Source: Camelus dromedarius
Lineage: Eukaryota
Direction: 5' to 3'
Assembly (NCBI RefSeq): GCF_036321535.1
Contig: NC_087447.1
Coordinates: 40,488,001-40,552,000, forward strand
DNA: 64,000 nucleotides
Shown here: piece by piece, positions 35,101-50,257 of the stretch
How positions within the stretch are numbered: position 1 is the first letter of the stretch
Layout: each line of letters starts with the position of its first letter
Notes under the pieces: generated by a model
Told to the model about the DNA's origin: nothing
Database searches by the model: none
The model's input: the letters and a program-made list of their open reading frames with translations, nothing else
Made by a program: the position numbers and the translations under genes

Positions 35101-38100
35101 TAATTGAAAGGTGCAAGTTGGCATTCTCAGGAAGGTGCTTCTTCAAAGGCACTTGCTGCAGAAGCCAAAGTCCAAATTAAAATTGATTCACATCCTCATA
35201 GAAGCACCAGCTATTAGAAAGTAGGTCCTGGAATGGTGTGCCTCACCAGAGAATGAGGTCAGGTATGGGCAGGGAAAATGTCTTTCAGAATTTCAGCATA
35301 ACTTAGACCTAGAGCTGAATTTATATGTTGGGTTTTCACTACAGATAAAATGTAATAATATTCGCAGCACCCACTTAAAATTGTTGACCTTAGTTTTTGT
35401 TTTTGTTTTTTATAGTGAGTTGGTACTTAGCGAAGGAGTAAAAACAGAAACCAAGAATCAGAAACACTTATGGAGCTAACACATTTCTAGAGCAGTTGTT
35501 TTTAACCATGCTTTTGGGTCACAGGGTCCTTTGAAGATGTGTTGTAGGAGAGATGGTAAAGAGAGACTCAGTAAGTTGTGCAACTGACTAGCTGAGGTCT
35601 GAATACAGGTTTGACCACCCTCACCAGAGTGCAAACTCCTTGAGGGCAGGAACCATGTCGTATCCATCTTTGTGGCCTTAGTGTTGAACACAGGTGGCTC
35701 TTGTTATAGTAGAAGTCTTAACCTGGTGACCTTAGTTGGGCTTCAAGGGAGCCTGTAAATCCCCCCAAAGTGATATGCAGAATTTTGTATGTCTGCCCTT
35801 ATCCTGGTTTTGTCCCTTCTTTTGGAGCCAGTAGCAGTAGCTTCCAAGCTGGTGGCCTGTTGTGAATTTCTCCATCCTCCTCATGGATGAGCTTTGATCC
35901 TTCTAAGTCTCCTTCATCTGAGTAAGAATCTGATCACTCCTTTCTTCAGAAAGCTGCCATGGTGCTTTTCCAGCCCCTGCAGAATAAAGACCAGATTTCT
36001 CCCCACAGCACCGAAGGCTGGCCTCGTGGGTCATTATCCATTTCAGCTTCATGTCCTATCCACCCTGGTACAAACCATGTGCTTTATCAACACTGAACCC
36101 CTCACTGTTCCTTAAGTAAAGCTCACATTTACAAGCTCTCCTGGCTGCCTCATTCTGCACCTCCGTCCCGGAGCACCATTTCCTGTATTATCCATCTGTT
36201 AAATCCTTCTTATCCTCAAAGAACAAGATCAAATACCTCCTCACCCCAATTCAACAAGTCAGAATTAATGGGGGCTTTTTGAATCTACATTTAGCACTTA
36301 GTCTATCCTACCTTACAACTGTGTTATTGCCCATGTCCAATTCCTCAAAAGACCGTAATTTTTTGACGAAGAGGTGCATCAAATTTATCTCTGGGATTTC
36401 GAGTTCCTGCTAGAGGGATGGCTCACTAGAGACTGAGTTTGTGCATTTTTTTCCTCTTCTTCAGTGGGAGAGATGCAGAAGGCCCTCTCTGACTCTCTGA
36501 GGCTGGCATTCCTTAGTAAGGTAGCAGTGGAATCCTTTGGAATCCTTCTCAGGAGGATCTCCCTGAGAATGGCAAAGCCCCTCAGAATCACTAAAGATAG
36601 ATTTTGTTTAAAGAGTAGGTGTGGTATGGTTGAGGGGAAAGGGCTTAACGAAACCCTGTGTGTCAGAGTTCAAAATAGAAGCTGCTCAGTTCTTGAAGAC
36701 GGGTCCCTGGAGGGAAGAGGATGGTGACTCTGGGTCTAAGAGGTGGGCAACCCCAGAACCAGTCCCTGAGCAGCTCATTCCTGAGCTGGGCTTCAAACAG
36801 AAAGATGTGTTGTGTAAGGACTGTGTCTGCACTGGGCTGAAGCAGGAGCAGAAAACACACCTCCGCCTCTGGGCTCCAGCCTGGCTTCAAGAGAGGCCCC
36901 GTGCCAGCAGGCACACCCTCTGCCCCTCTGGAGGCTCTCCTCTGCCAAGCCCCCAGGCTCACCCCGTGCCCAGAAGCTAGAACTTTCCTTCCCCATGGCT
37001 TCCATACCCATGTGGAGCTGGGAAGTGAGACAACGTTAGCCTGAGGGTCCTGAGGATTCTGCTGGGCCCTTTAGGTTAGCTTCCGGTGGAGAGGACACCC
37101 TAAAACACACAGCTGCCACTGGAGCTGAGGACTTGAAGCCACTTTTGTGGGTGGAAGGTAATGCCCCAGCAGGAACTTCTGATCAACCACCAGTGCCCCT
37201 CCCAGAACTTAGAACAGTGAGGTGGAGTCGGGGTGGTCTGGGCTTCTCCTAAACTCTAAGGACTGCTGGGAACATTACCAGTAGGCTATGATTATGGAAT
37301 TTACGCTATTGTTGTCAGAGTGCAACCTGGGGCATCCTAGTTGGACCCCAAACAGGGAGAAGGAATCTCCTGCTCCCTCTGTATCCCCAGCATTCGAGGC
37401 CTTGTCCACAGCAATGCTCATGGAATTAAAATCCAAATGCTTCTTAGCTGGCTCTCAATATTGATTCTGCTCTGCAAATGTTTCTTCCTATTCTCCGCAA
37501 TACTAAATGCCACTGTTTTGGTCCCTTTCCAAGGTCTCTGTCTCTAAGCTCTTAATTAGAAAAAGGAAGGAGTAATTATTAAAGTTATTAAAATATAGAA
37601 TATTGCAAAGGAGCAGATTAGAAGTCTTCACATTAATCCAAACAAATTGTGCTAATGTTACTTTGATTCTAGCAAATGCAAACCCACAGAGGAAGATAAA
37701 AGCTAGGGCTTGATTTCTAAGTGGAGGGTTTAGCTTATTCACTAAGCCAGGATTCATCAGGCATTCACTGGGAGCTGCAAAGGAGAAGCAGGAGGAGATG
37801 AAAGGAAGAACGATGTACACACAGCAGAAAAGATGAGTGGGTAGGGAAGAGAGCCGTGCTAAGAGCGTCAACCCAGTAACTGTGATTCATCAAGTTCCTC
37901 CCTCAGCTTGGAGCTATGGGGTACAAGGAGTGCCTTTTCTGCCCGGTGACTTCAGTGACTGCATTTGGAAGATGCCCAAACCCTCTGTTCAGCCCAGACA
38001 TGTCTGCAGGTCTAATTGGCTACTGGACATGGTCACTTACCACAGAGAAGGATGTATGTCAGCCAGCAGGGTCCTCAGAGCTTTAACAGAGTTACATCCT

Positions 38101-39834
38101 TGTCCGGGAACCTACCTTGGCCTGGAAGGTTCCACATGCATCTCAAATTCAAAACATGCCAGACTAAGATGAAAACTTACGCCCCCACCTGCTCTTCTTA
38201 CCAGGATTCCATCTCAGTCGGTGGAGACACCACCTACTCAGTCTTCCAGGCTGAATACCGAGAGCCCTCTCTGGTGCTCTTTGGTGCTCTTTAGTGCTCC
38301 TCCTCCTCATCCCTCTCTGGGCTGCTAACCAATGTCTTTTGGTTGCTAAGAACTAATGATGCAACCCCAGAAATGTCTCTTACCTTCTTTTCTTCCTTCT
38401 TACCTTCAGCTTCTCTGCTCTAGGTCAGTTCTTTGTCATCTTTTCCTGTCCTGCTTCTCCAATCTCTTCTTCTACCACTTTTCCAACCTACCATGTTTCA
38501 GCCAACCCAAACTTCTCACCATTCCTGTCTCCATGTCTTTCCCTCCCTGGACCACCTGCAAACTCTTTCCTGTCCTCCAAGGCAGAGCCTAAAGTTCACC
38601 TTCTCTGGCTGTCTAGTGTTGGTTCTCACAGAGCTCTGGGCATTGTGCCATCAGAGCCCTGTCCCATGGCACTGTCACTGTGGACAGTCTGTTTCCCTTG
38701 CAGGCCAGGGACTGCATTCCACAGTGACCCATCCCAGGGGACTGGCAGAGTCTTGCTTGCACACAGTAGTACTTAGCATGCCTTTATTGACAGAACATTG
38801 GTCCTGGAGAGTGATGTCTGAGGAGGCAAGAAGCACGAGTCTGAAGGGAGAAGATAAAAACATTGCATTTGATTATGTCGGCTTGTTGTGACTTTACTGT
38901 ATTTCATAAAAAAAAAGATCTCGGTGGTGCTAAAAATCTTTACCATAGTTAAACTGGAAAGACTTGAAATAAACGTTTTAGTTTAGAAGAACAACCACTT
39001 ACCGGACACTGTTCTGATACTGTATTTTACATATCTTATATTTAAACCTAACAATTCTACATGTTAGGTTTATTTACTCCTATTTTATAGATGAAGAAAT
39101 TGAGGCTCAGAGAGGTGAAGTAATTCACCCATGGCCACATGGGTATAAAGAGAATTGAATAAAGATTTTCTAAGATTTGGAATGTAGATCTGATACTAAA
39201 ACCTGATTTCTTTGTACAAAACTATGTTTACCCTGGAAAGTGGAAATATACTCCCTCTCCAGAACCTATATATGAATGAATCAACAATATCTTCAATGTT
39301 TTCTCTCATCAGAAGTATTATAGGATTAACAATCCCTGATAAAGTGGACTGAGGTTGGTGTCAATATGCCCTTCTTCCCTTCCCTCACTTCTGGTTGGTA
39401 CCAAAATCGAAAAGAAAATGGACCCAAAAGAAGTAGACCAAATGAGGGCAGGAGGAGAAGCAAAATGCCCCAGCAGTCCACAGACGACTAGCAACATCTC
39501 CTTTTGTACCTCCAATGTGCTTTTCAAAGACATTATTCTATTTACTTCTCCTAACAATCCTGGGGATATATACCATGACTCTCATTTTCTAGGTGAGAAA
39601 CTGAGGCTTGGGAAGACTGAGGGATTTGACTAATTTGGAACAACACTGAAACTCAGTGCTAATTCTCCCAAACCCACTTCTGTTCCACTGCACAAGGTGT
39701 GCCCACTCCCCAGCTCACAGTACACTGCATGGCAAACAGTAATGTTCAAATACATGAACAATGATGAGAATAACCCATTTTTATTGTGCTTACAATGTGT
39801 CAAGTAGTCTGCAAAGTGCTTTGCATAAATTACC

Positions 39835-41655
39835 TTTTTTTAAACATTGAAGTATAATTGACTTAAAATATTGTATTAGTTTCAGGTGTACAACATAGTG
39901 ATTCATTATTTCATACATTTCAAAATGATCACGAGTCTAGTTACCATCTGTCACAATACAAAGTTATTACAGTATTATTGACTACATTCTTTATGTGGCA
40001 CACTATATTCTCATGACTTATATATTTTATAATTGGAAATGTATGTCTCTTAATCTCCCTCACCTATTTCACTCATTCCTCCATCTTTCTCCTCTCTGGC
40101 AACTGCCAGTTGTTCTCTGTATCTCTGAGTCTGTTTCTGTTTTGTTATATTTGTTTGCTTTTTTATTTAGATTCCATATATGAGTGAAATCATACTATAT
40201 TTATCTTTCTTTGTCTGACTTATCTCACTTAGCATAATAACCTCTAGGTTCATTCATGTTGTTGCAAATGGCAAGATTTTCTTCTTTTTTATGGCTGAGT
40301 AATATTCCATGGTTATTTACACCATATCTTCTTTATCCATTCATCTGTCAATGGACACTAAGGTTGCTTCCATATCTTGGTTGTTGTAAATAATGTTGCA
40401 ATGGACATCAGGACACACATATCTTTTTGAATTAGTATTTTTGTTTTCTTCAGAAAAATACCGAGAAGTGAAATGGCTGAATCCCATGGTATTTCTACTT
40501 TTAATTTTTTAAGGAACCTCCACACAGTTCTCTAGAGTGGCTGCACCAATTTACATTCCCACCAACAGAGCATAAGGGGTCCCTTTTCTACACATCCTTG
40601 CCAACAGTTGTTATTTGTTGTCTTTTTGGTAATAGCCATTCTGATAGATGTGAAGTGATATTGTGGTTTTGATTTGCATTTCCCTGATAGTGAGAGATGC
40701 TAAACATCTTTTCATGTACCTGTTTGCCATCTGTATGTTTTCTTGGAAAAAAAATGTCTGTTTGATTCCTCTACCCATTTTTAATTGGGTTGTTTGTTCT
40801 TTGATGTTGAGTTGTATCAGTTGTTTGTGTTTATTAGGTATTAAACCTTGATGGAATATATCATTTGCAAATATCTTTTTCCATTCAGTAGGTTGCCTTT
40901 TCATTTGTTGATGGTTTTCTTTGCTGTGCAAAACTTTTTTAGTTTGATGGGCCATTTGTTTATTTTTGCTTTTGTTTCCCTTGCCTAAGGAGACATATTC
41001 AAAAAAATTTTTGCTAAGACCAGTGTCAAAGAGCATACTTCCTATGATTTCCTCTAAGAGTTTTGTGGTTTCAAGTCTTACATTTAATTACTTAATCCAT
41101 TTTGAGTTTATATATATGGTGAGAAAGAAGTCCAGTTTGACTCTTTTGCATGTAGCTGTCCAATTTTCCTAGCACCACTTATTGAAGAGACTGTCTTTTC
41201 CCCATTATATACTCTTGCCTCCTTTGCTGTAGATTTATTGACCCTATAAGTGTGGGTTTATTTCTGGGCTCTCTATTTCTATTCCATTGATAGATATTTC
41301 TGTTTTTGTGCCCAGTTTTAATTACCATAGTTTTGTAGTATAGTTTAAAATCAGGGCATATGATACCTCCAGCTTTGTTCTTCTGTCTCCAAATTGTGTT
41401 GGCTATTTGGAGTCCTTTGTGTTTCCACATAGGCTTTAGAATTATTTGTTCTAGTTATGTTAAAAATGGCCTTGGTATTTTGATAAGGATTGCATTGAAT
41501 CTGTGGATTGCCTTGGGAGTATGGTAATTTTAACAATATTAATTCTTCTAATCCATGAACATGGTATATTTTTGTCATCTTCAGTTTCTTTTATCAATGT
41601 CTTAAGTTTTCAGAGTACAAGTCATTAAGTTCCTTGGTTAGATTTATTTCTAGTT
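39835..41655 (-). mobile_element. LINE-1 (L1MA/MB-like) ORF2 3' part + 3'UTR
   Basis: ORF2 peptides [53 protein letters not shown]-run at 39835. Confidence 0.95.
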
Positions 41656-42574
41656 CACTGTTGGAGGTGGCAGTAGCCACTGATGACTTGATGGCCACAG
41701 CATCTTTTGTTTACTGATATGGCTGGCAATATTTTTCATTCACAAGTGTGTAACCTCACATCACCTTTACTTACTTGAATCTTGAGCTTGCTGTTCCTTC
41801 CTTCAAAATGACAAATCATATCATTTATTAAAGCCTTATACTTGTTAGGCATTGGGCTGAGTGCTTACCTATATTATCACATTTAATTCCTCAAAAGGTC
41901 CAACAGGATAAGACTTTGTATTTCCATATTGCAGACAAGAAGACTGCAACTCAAATTACATTGCAAGAAAGTGTAGAAACTGGGACTGGAGGAACTTCAG
42001 ATTCTAAAGTCTCAACATTTGTCTCAACCACGCTGCTCTGAGGGCTGAAAGTTTGCTGTATTTGGCTGAGCTCCTGGGGCAGGGGAGAAGTTGAGTCAGA
42101 TGCTCTTGTTTGGTTCCATCTCTTTTTATGTCCGAATATTCTAGTAGTTGCTGGGTCACATTTGTCAACAGAATCTGAGAACTTTGTTCTTTAGAGAGAA
42201 AACAGTCCTTTGTCCCTTTTCTTATAACCTCCTCCTCAGTTCTCTCTACAAGAATGTGCCCTGTAAAGCCCACACCCTCCTTGGGCACGTGTGTTGCCAG
42301 GTAACCCGCACATCATCTCCAAACCATGATTTTTAGTGTATTGCCATATTTTGATGTATTTAGTGTATTTTATACCAATTAACAGAGTCTCCACCTCATG
42401 CTCTTGACAATGCATGCCTGATATATATGACAAGGTACATCTCAAACCAAATGTCAATCCTTCTCAAGGAGGCCTTCCCCCTCCATCCAAAATGAAGGTG
42501 CACCTCCCTACTGCCCTTCTGCTCTATCACATCTCTCTGATTCATTTAAATCACATATTTATCTCAAATTGAAA

Positions 42575-42850
42575 TCATCAGTGTGATTCCATTTATATGA
42601 AATGTTCAGAAAAGGCAAATTTATGCAGACAATTTATCCATTCTTGGTGGCCTGAGGCTGGGAGGTGGGAACTGGGATTAACTGTAAATGGACATGAGGG
42701 ATCTTCTTATGAGGATGAAAATGTTCAAAAACTGATTTATGGTGATTGTTGTACCACTCAGGGACTCTACTAAAAGTCATTGAATTGTGTACTTAAAATG
42801 GGTGAATTTTATGATATGTAAAATATACCTCAAGAAAGCTATGAGGAAAA
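42575..42850 (+). mobile_element. L1MB/MC 3' end fragment
   Basis: tgattccatttatatgaaatgttcaga..ggtgattgttgtac..ttaaaatgggtgaattttatg. Confidence 0.75.
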
Positions 42851-43254
42851 AGAAATTACTTTGTTCAGTGTGTTCACTTTATTATGGTCATATACTCTTT
42901 AATTAGAGTGTAAGCCTACAAGGGCAGGGCCCTTGTCTGTCTTGTTCACCAGTACATCCCCAGCATCTGGGCCAGCACCTGGCACATAGTAAGAGTCCAG
43001 CAAGTATTCGAGGAACGAGTGAATAAACGAGCCAGCCATCTCTAACTTTTTGCAAGCACTCAGTGTGGAAGGAGGGAGACTCAAAATGGAATCAATAACA
43101 AATAACAAATTTCAAATCTACAATTTGCACACCAAGCATAAAGAAACTGGCAAACCCCCTATCCTCAACAGATCATCTGCTGTTAGCTCTGCAGCTTCTC
43201 TGTCTGCTTCTACATTATCTTTATCATTACATCATCATTACAGAGAAGTCTGCA

Positions 43255-43707
43255 AGTACATGTCTTAGAGTTCCTTTCCAGAGTGGTTCTGGGTTAGGTT
43301 CTGTAAATTCATGTGAAAGTTGAAGGATGGCAGGGCAGGAGAAACCATCATTCTCTGGCACAGTCATGGGCAAGTGGGAAGGGGGCAGAGATGAGGTTTA
43401 CAGAAACTTCCAGGTGAGTTCCTGTGATCCACCTGCTGCAGGTAGCAGAGACTGAGGCTTCTCTGTACTTCCTGAATTCTGCAGCACCCCTGGGAAACTG
43501 CTCGTGTCACGTGCTTTGGACTGTAGGCAGCAGAGATTGTCTGAAGCCACTTCCCTGCTCTGGTCACTTCTTGATTTCATGAATTCTGGCAAATGCTGCC
43601 CTGATCTTTGCTTCTGTTTGTGTAGGTATCTAATTCCCCATGTTAAAACCTTCCCTATTTGGAAAACCAGGGGAATCTTTTTTTCTGATTGAATTCTAAC
43701 TGATACA
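43255..43707 (+). mobile_element. ERVL LTR (LTR33-like) relic
   Basis: tggttctgggttagg..; ends ttctgattgaattctaactgataca. Confidence 0.5.
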
Positions 43708-46700
43708 ATGGGAGTAGAATATAATCTTTAAAAACTCAGAGTTGGATGATAGCGGGAGGAGGGAAGGGTAAAGATTCTCTGTCCCTTTTTAGACTTTCAT
43801 TGGCTGTAAGAGGCGTGCACATCAGTAATTCCTGGACACCTTGCATCTTGAACTAGACAGTCTTCTTTCCTCTTCTCATCATGACCTCTGTCCTCTCTTT
43901 CTCGTACTCCCTGTGTTGTGGTCATTACACGTGCTTTCTTTCCTCCTCCCTTTCCTCATCTACACCCAGAAGCCACCAGCACACCTTTCCCCAGAGCACT
44001 TATATATGGAACTTGACCAGCTTTCCTGCCTTTGCAGTCTTGATAAAATCAGCTGGTTGCTTGGTTACACTGAGAGAGCATAGCCGACACCTGGCAAGAT
44101 TCCCCAAAGCAAGACACATCCAGCCCACTCACCAACCTCCCCAAACCTTGTGCCAGACACTTAAGGAGTCAAGAACTTAGATGTGCTGTCTAGAAAAAGA
44201 TACTGTACAGCCTGCTCTTTTCCCTCAAATTGTGAAGAAAGATATCAGGCCAAGATCACATTTTAATCATCATTCTGCCAGAATGTACTGCTTTGGTTCA
44301 ATTCGAGCCTGCAGTACTATGCTGTGAACCCTTGGTAGAAACCGGTCAGAGAGGGACTGCAAGTTTTTCCCTGCTTGTGTCTTGGCCTCACGCAGCAACT
44401 CTTACCTGCAGGCCTGAGGACCTCCTCAACCCCTAGCCATTCCTGACTAGGACAGAGCTTACATTAGTAGCCTGACAGCCATCCCTGGGGGGCCTAGAAT
44501 TAAGTCACACTCCCACACTTGATGTTTGAAGGGCAAGGATGAGCTCTGCTTGTTTGAGGGGCCACCCAGTGGCACCCAGTCCAATCCTTGATTCAGTATT
44601 GGACTTTGCCAGACTGGGCCTTCGCCTAACCTCTGCTCTGTAGTCACCTGGTTGTCATGATCTGTATTATAATCACTCTCTGTGACTGGGGCCCGATTTA
44701 AACTCTCTCTGTGGTTGGGACTTACACCCTTTCACTTATTGCCTCTCAGTTGGGGATGGTGGTAGAGAGGTGCTGAAATCTCCTTCCTCCCAAGTTACTG
44801 GCTGAAGTCCTGCTGGGAATAGATGGATTGCTAGAATTGCCATCCCCTGTCTGTATGCAGCTCCCCCAACACCAAGCTCATCCATTTCAGCACTCATCAT
44901 GCCCTGTCATCTCTCCCCAGCATCACACCCCACCATAGCTTGGCTTTGCCCAAGCCAGTGCAGGACAGACTGTACCTGTCAGACCGAGTCTTGGAGCATC
45001 TGATGGCTTTTGTTAGAACCATCCCCTTCAATTGAGTTTTCTGAGATTCAACAAGCATTCAAGGATCCTTTACTAGGTGCTGGAGGATAGAGAACAAGTA
45101 AGTCTCTGTTCCTACCTCCATGAGCTCACAGTGCTACCTGCAACAGGACTTGTCCCTCTGCTGGCTGGCCCGCAATACCAGGGGCCCACTGTGCATCACA
45201 CCAGCCTATGTCTCCATTCTAGTATGGTGGAATTTTTCATTGTCGGAGGGAAGATTGAAGGCAATGTAGAATGAAATCTTCTTGTTAGTTCAGGCAAAAC
45301 CAGCCCCGGAGTCTGAATTCTCCAGGTGATAATATTTTCATTTGTCTGGGGGAAATCAATGGAGCCTTGGAATGTTTTTCTGTTCACAAAGGTAGAGGGA
45401 GTTTTTCAGATCTCTGGAGAGTCCTAGTCTGATAGAAATAAAAATGCAACAATGATAATATAAGATCCACTATAGGTTTACTGATAACTTAGGGAGAGCC
45501 TTGAAGTCTGTGCGTTTTTGATTGTTTATTGCTTTAGGCAAAATGAATGTCTCATCTAGCAGGGATGGCAATAATAGCAATAACACTGGAAAGAAATCTA
45601 GAAGAAAAGCAATCACTTTGCTTTTGAAATGTGCCCATCACTGTGGAAATGGACTTGTCAAATACTAGGAGGATTTCCTGCTGCAGACCCCAAAGATCCT
45701 GGGCGTGGATAGGATAGTTTGTTTCTTACAGGGGACATAGGAAATATTTCTAAATCACTCCCAGCTTCAAGTTTTCTTTTTTCTCTGAAAAGCTGTAAGC
45801 TTTTATGCTATAAGCTGCCTTTTCTTTATAGAACTATGAAAATCTTCAGATGCAGTCAAATTTTATTGCCAAAGAAAACAGAGGATAAATTGGGGATAAA
45901 CACACAGCTCTATTCATTAAAAAGTGCACTCTATAACATGGGGTCTACTCTTCATAAACATTTATTCCACCAGCCCTGGAAATGGGTGAAACAGCGGGGG
46001 TGTGTACCCGGAGACTCTGCCACATGGAAACAAGACCAGGAGATGATATGTCCGGTCCTTGCTCTCCGGTACTGTGCTCCCGCAGTTTTTCCACGGGGAC
46101 TGATCAGCCCAATGATGAGTTGGAGTGCCACTGATTGGACATGTGCACGAAGCGCCCTGGATACCTCTGAAGGAAGCGATGCTAATTTGGACTGAGCCTC
46201 TCATCGTTAAGCTTAAAAAAATGGCAGAAAGACAGGGCTCAGTGGGCTCATAGTTATTTTAAACCAGCAGCATGTCATCAGCACATCTTGCAAACAGTAA
46301 CTTTCAGTCCCATAGGTCCCCACGGGCATGGCTAAGGTGCTTTATGGGTACAAATCCTCTGATTTTATCTTCACTCAAGACACCAGTTAAGGTCTGTAAG
46401 CAGCAAGTAGGGTCTCCCCTCCCTGCCGGAGTAACTTCTATGCGTCTAATCATTCAAGACTGTCTGTAAATGAACAGTACAATTCTCAGAATAGAGACGT
46501 GGTGGTCTAGAATCTGCTCAGATAAGATTTTCAGGATCTTGAGAAAGAGAATTCATTCATTTATTCTGAGGAAATCTGTCATTTTGGAAAAAATTACTGA
46601 TATTTCCCAAGTGGCATGTCCTCAATGCCAAGAAGCTAACAGAACTTCTTGGACATGAAATAGCCATCTTCTTCAGAGAAACTCAAAAATTGCTAGTTAG

Positions 46701-47539
46701 AATTCTACTGTTATCCTGTCCAGTTTCTCATGATTTATTGATGAATGGCTACTGGAACATTTCTTATAATGTAAGAATTTAGGTTCCCATCAAAAGAACA
46801 ACTTGGGAGTGTTTCTCCTTGGGAAACAATTATATACAGTGAGCCCCCCACCTCCACCCCAGGAAGTGTAATTCTGTCCTGAGAAGGTAGAGAGCCAGGA
46901 GGAAACTCACAACGAAGCAGAGTGGTGACTCTGCCCGCTGACCAATGTCCTTTGCATTGGAGCCTCTTCTTATCGCAGACCAGTGGGTAGTTCGTCAGGA
47001 ACTGAACAGCTCAAAGCTTGCTCTAGCACTGCAATCTTCACTTAGTATCCTTGGGGTCTGGTCCACCCAGAGGAAGCACCTGGGCTACTCAGGATCTTTT
47101 GTGTGCTCTTGACCGCTGCTCGTGCCCTGGGCTTAGCAACAGTAGCAGCCGGAACAACAGTAATGATCGCTAACACTTCTGAAGCACCTGTTACATGTCA
47201 GGTGTTGGGAAAAGTGCTTGTCATATTTTATCCCATTTAATACTCACGATGACAATGTGAGGCAGGCATTATTTTCATCCAAATGGTACTAAAGAGAAAA
47301 GGGAGGCACAGAGAGAGGAGAAATGGAGGCACAGAGGGCTAAACAATGAACAACTAATTAATCCTGGAAGTCAAGTCTATCCGAGCCTGAGTCTTCACCA
47401 CTCTATTTTCTCTAAAATTTTGGCACCATTTGGAAAGACAATTCTAAAAAACAAATTTTGCTCTTTTTTTGTTGTAAAATTTATATTCATCATAAAAAAT
47501 TAGGAAACAAGAGAAACAGAAAGTAGAGAGAAAATATGA

Positions 47540-47730
47540 CTGGGCGGCTATAACAGAAACATCATGGACTGAGTGGCTTAAACAACAAACACTTATTTAT
47601 TTAATTCATGATTCTGGAGGCAAGAAAGTCCAAGATCAAGGCATCCACTGACTTGGTGTTTGATGAGAGTCTGCTCCCTGGTTCATAGATGGCTATCTTC
47701 TTGCTGTGTCCTCACATGGGCCAGGGTGAG
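47540..47730 (-). mobile_element. MLT1A fragment
   Basis: ggactgagtggcttaaacaacaaacacttattt..ttctggaggc..aagtccaagatcaagg..tcttgctgtgtcctcacatgg. Confidence 0.75.
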
Positions 47731-49598
47731 ATTGGAACTTCACCACACTCCAACTCTGAGTACATTTGCAGCAACGTGAGAGAGTGGGGAATCTCATTAT
47801 AAGCCCCTCTAAGTGAGCAGTCTCCTTCCTGACATCCCACACAGGGCCGTAACTCACTCAAAATTGTATTGAGGCTATAAACTGCAAAGAGCTCCTCTTG
47901 AAGAATTTATGAGGGGTCTGAAAGCTGTATATTTGCTCTGGAGACATCTATTGTTTGTTTATAATGTGTGCATGTTTAATTTGCAATAAAACTGGGAGGC
48001 ACTACCATACAAATAGGCAACTCATCCACCCTCGAGTGCTGTCTTGGAAGAAGGAGGATAGAAGAGGGGGATTCAGGGAAAACTGATCACTTTGGCCTGT
48101 CAGTGGACGGGTTTTGATTTGTTGCTTTATTGCTAGAGGACTGTTATGGGATGGGAAACTCTGCTCCTAGGGGTTTCTGAGTGTCTCCTTACCCCAAGTA
48201 GTCCCTTATCAGAGTTCTACATCACCTGCCTTCTCCTCTGGGTGGTTCCTTCCTAGATGTGAGGTCTACAGGTGAGTGATGGGGACTCACGACCTGTGGT
48301 CCCGAGGATACCTCAGGTCCTGATGGTTATCTGAAGATAGAAACTGGGGAAATTGGAGTTTGGGTGAAACAAGCACTATCCCAGTAGGGGAAGGAAGCCT
48401 GTGTAGGGTGCTCTAAAGGACCGGATGGGGTCCACGTCAGGGAGTAGCAGGAGGGAGAGTCAGCTCAGAGGAGGAAGGGGACCTGAAATTTGCTGCGAGT
48501 CTCATATGCCAGGCTTGGTGTGAGTGCTTTAAATACAAGCCCTCTTTCAGTGTACTTAGAAACTCTGGGAGGTTGGGGTTATCATCTCCATTTTACACAT
48601 GGGGAAACGAGGGCACAGAGAGGATCAAGTTCACACAGTGAGTATGTGGTGGAATCAAGCTGTCTGACTCTACAAGTCATTGCTTTGAGTTAATGTGACA
48701 CACAGCCTTTTTTGTGATTGTTCTTCTAAGATCAGCTTCTCTGTGGACCAGGATGGGAGACTCAACTTTTCCCTGTATGGAAGGCTCCTAGGATGTTGTA
48801 TAAGAAAGGCAGGTCCTTGGGAGAGGGTGAAGAATGTTCACTACCAGAAACCCTCGATGCTTAGAACATGGTATTGTTATAACCCTCTTTACAAAAGGGC
48901 ATGGTGCTCAGGTTCAGTTTTATTAGTCAAAGACTTGAAGGGGATTATGAACACTGTGTAATGATGTTGGGCATCTTTGTCCTCCATTCAGTTACCTTTC
49001 CCTGGAAAAATGTGCCCCCCACCCCAGCCACCCACAATATAAACTCCATGACATCAAGGACCTTCTCTACTTTTCACCCCTGGTTTCCTAGCATCCAGCT
49101 CAATATCTGTTACACACTCACTCAGTTAATATTGTGCAGTGTATCACAGAATGAGGGAAGAAAGGCTGGGGACACAGTTCTTTTGGACGCTGGGGACTTC
49201 CTATGCCATCGTGGCTCAGTGGTTTGTTCCCTTAGCTTTGATGCTGGGGCAGAGCTGCCACATTTTTAGATCTTTTGCTACACTAGAGATTCTTATTTCA
49301 AAATTGCACTGTAGGCCCTCAATCTTTCTCTGTGGTCAGCTGGAGTAATCCCCTTTGTGGCTGCTGGGACAGGGGACGGAGACCCCCAAGACACATCCCT
49401 CACTGTCAGGACCTGCGTCCCTCACTGCAGCAAACCTGTGTGGAGCTCGTGCCTGTCATCCCTGTGTCTGGGAGGCCGTCCTGAGGAACAAGCCAGATGC
49501 AGTTGAACTTGGAAGTGCTGGGGTCCCTGGGAAAGAGTGGCTCGCTCTTATGCGGGTGTCCCAGGAAGGCTGAGCTAAGGAGGAATTAGCCAGCTTAA

Positions 49599-49799
<201 letters not shown>

Positions 49800-50257
49800 T
49801 AACAGTGGCGTCTACCTAGATACCCTGGGCTTTCAGTGGTATCCAGCATTTTCATTGTCAAAATTCTCTTGTCTGTCTGCCTCTGCTCTGTGACTGCCAT
49901 CTCCTACGATCCTCTGGTGACAGAGATAGCCCACACCTACAAAGCTCACAGAGAGGATTACGTACCCTCTTTGAGTTACTTTTGAGTCATGGCTTCCTCA
50001 GATAGCCTCAGATGGTGTAGTAGATCAGCAAGAAGGGACACAGAAGCGTGCCGTGCAAATGCCTTGGAAGTTTTACTGGGAAACGTTGTCCAAGAGGAAC
50101 TACCCAGGCAGAGAAGTCCCTTTTCTGAAGCTCTGAGTTGGCAGTTGTTGGCCTTATGCTTTGAGCCTTTCACAAAGGCTATCTGTTCAGTGAGATGTTA
50201 GCTGTCTAATTTTTCTAGCCTTGGCATGTTGGTGACACTCTTGGCCACTGTGGTGGT

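Noticed and set aside
44401..44460. Minus-strand small exon with CAG|GTAAG donor
   Set aside because: Isolated splice-like signals with no coding or partner evidence.
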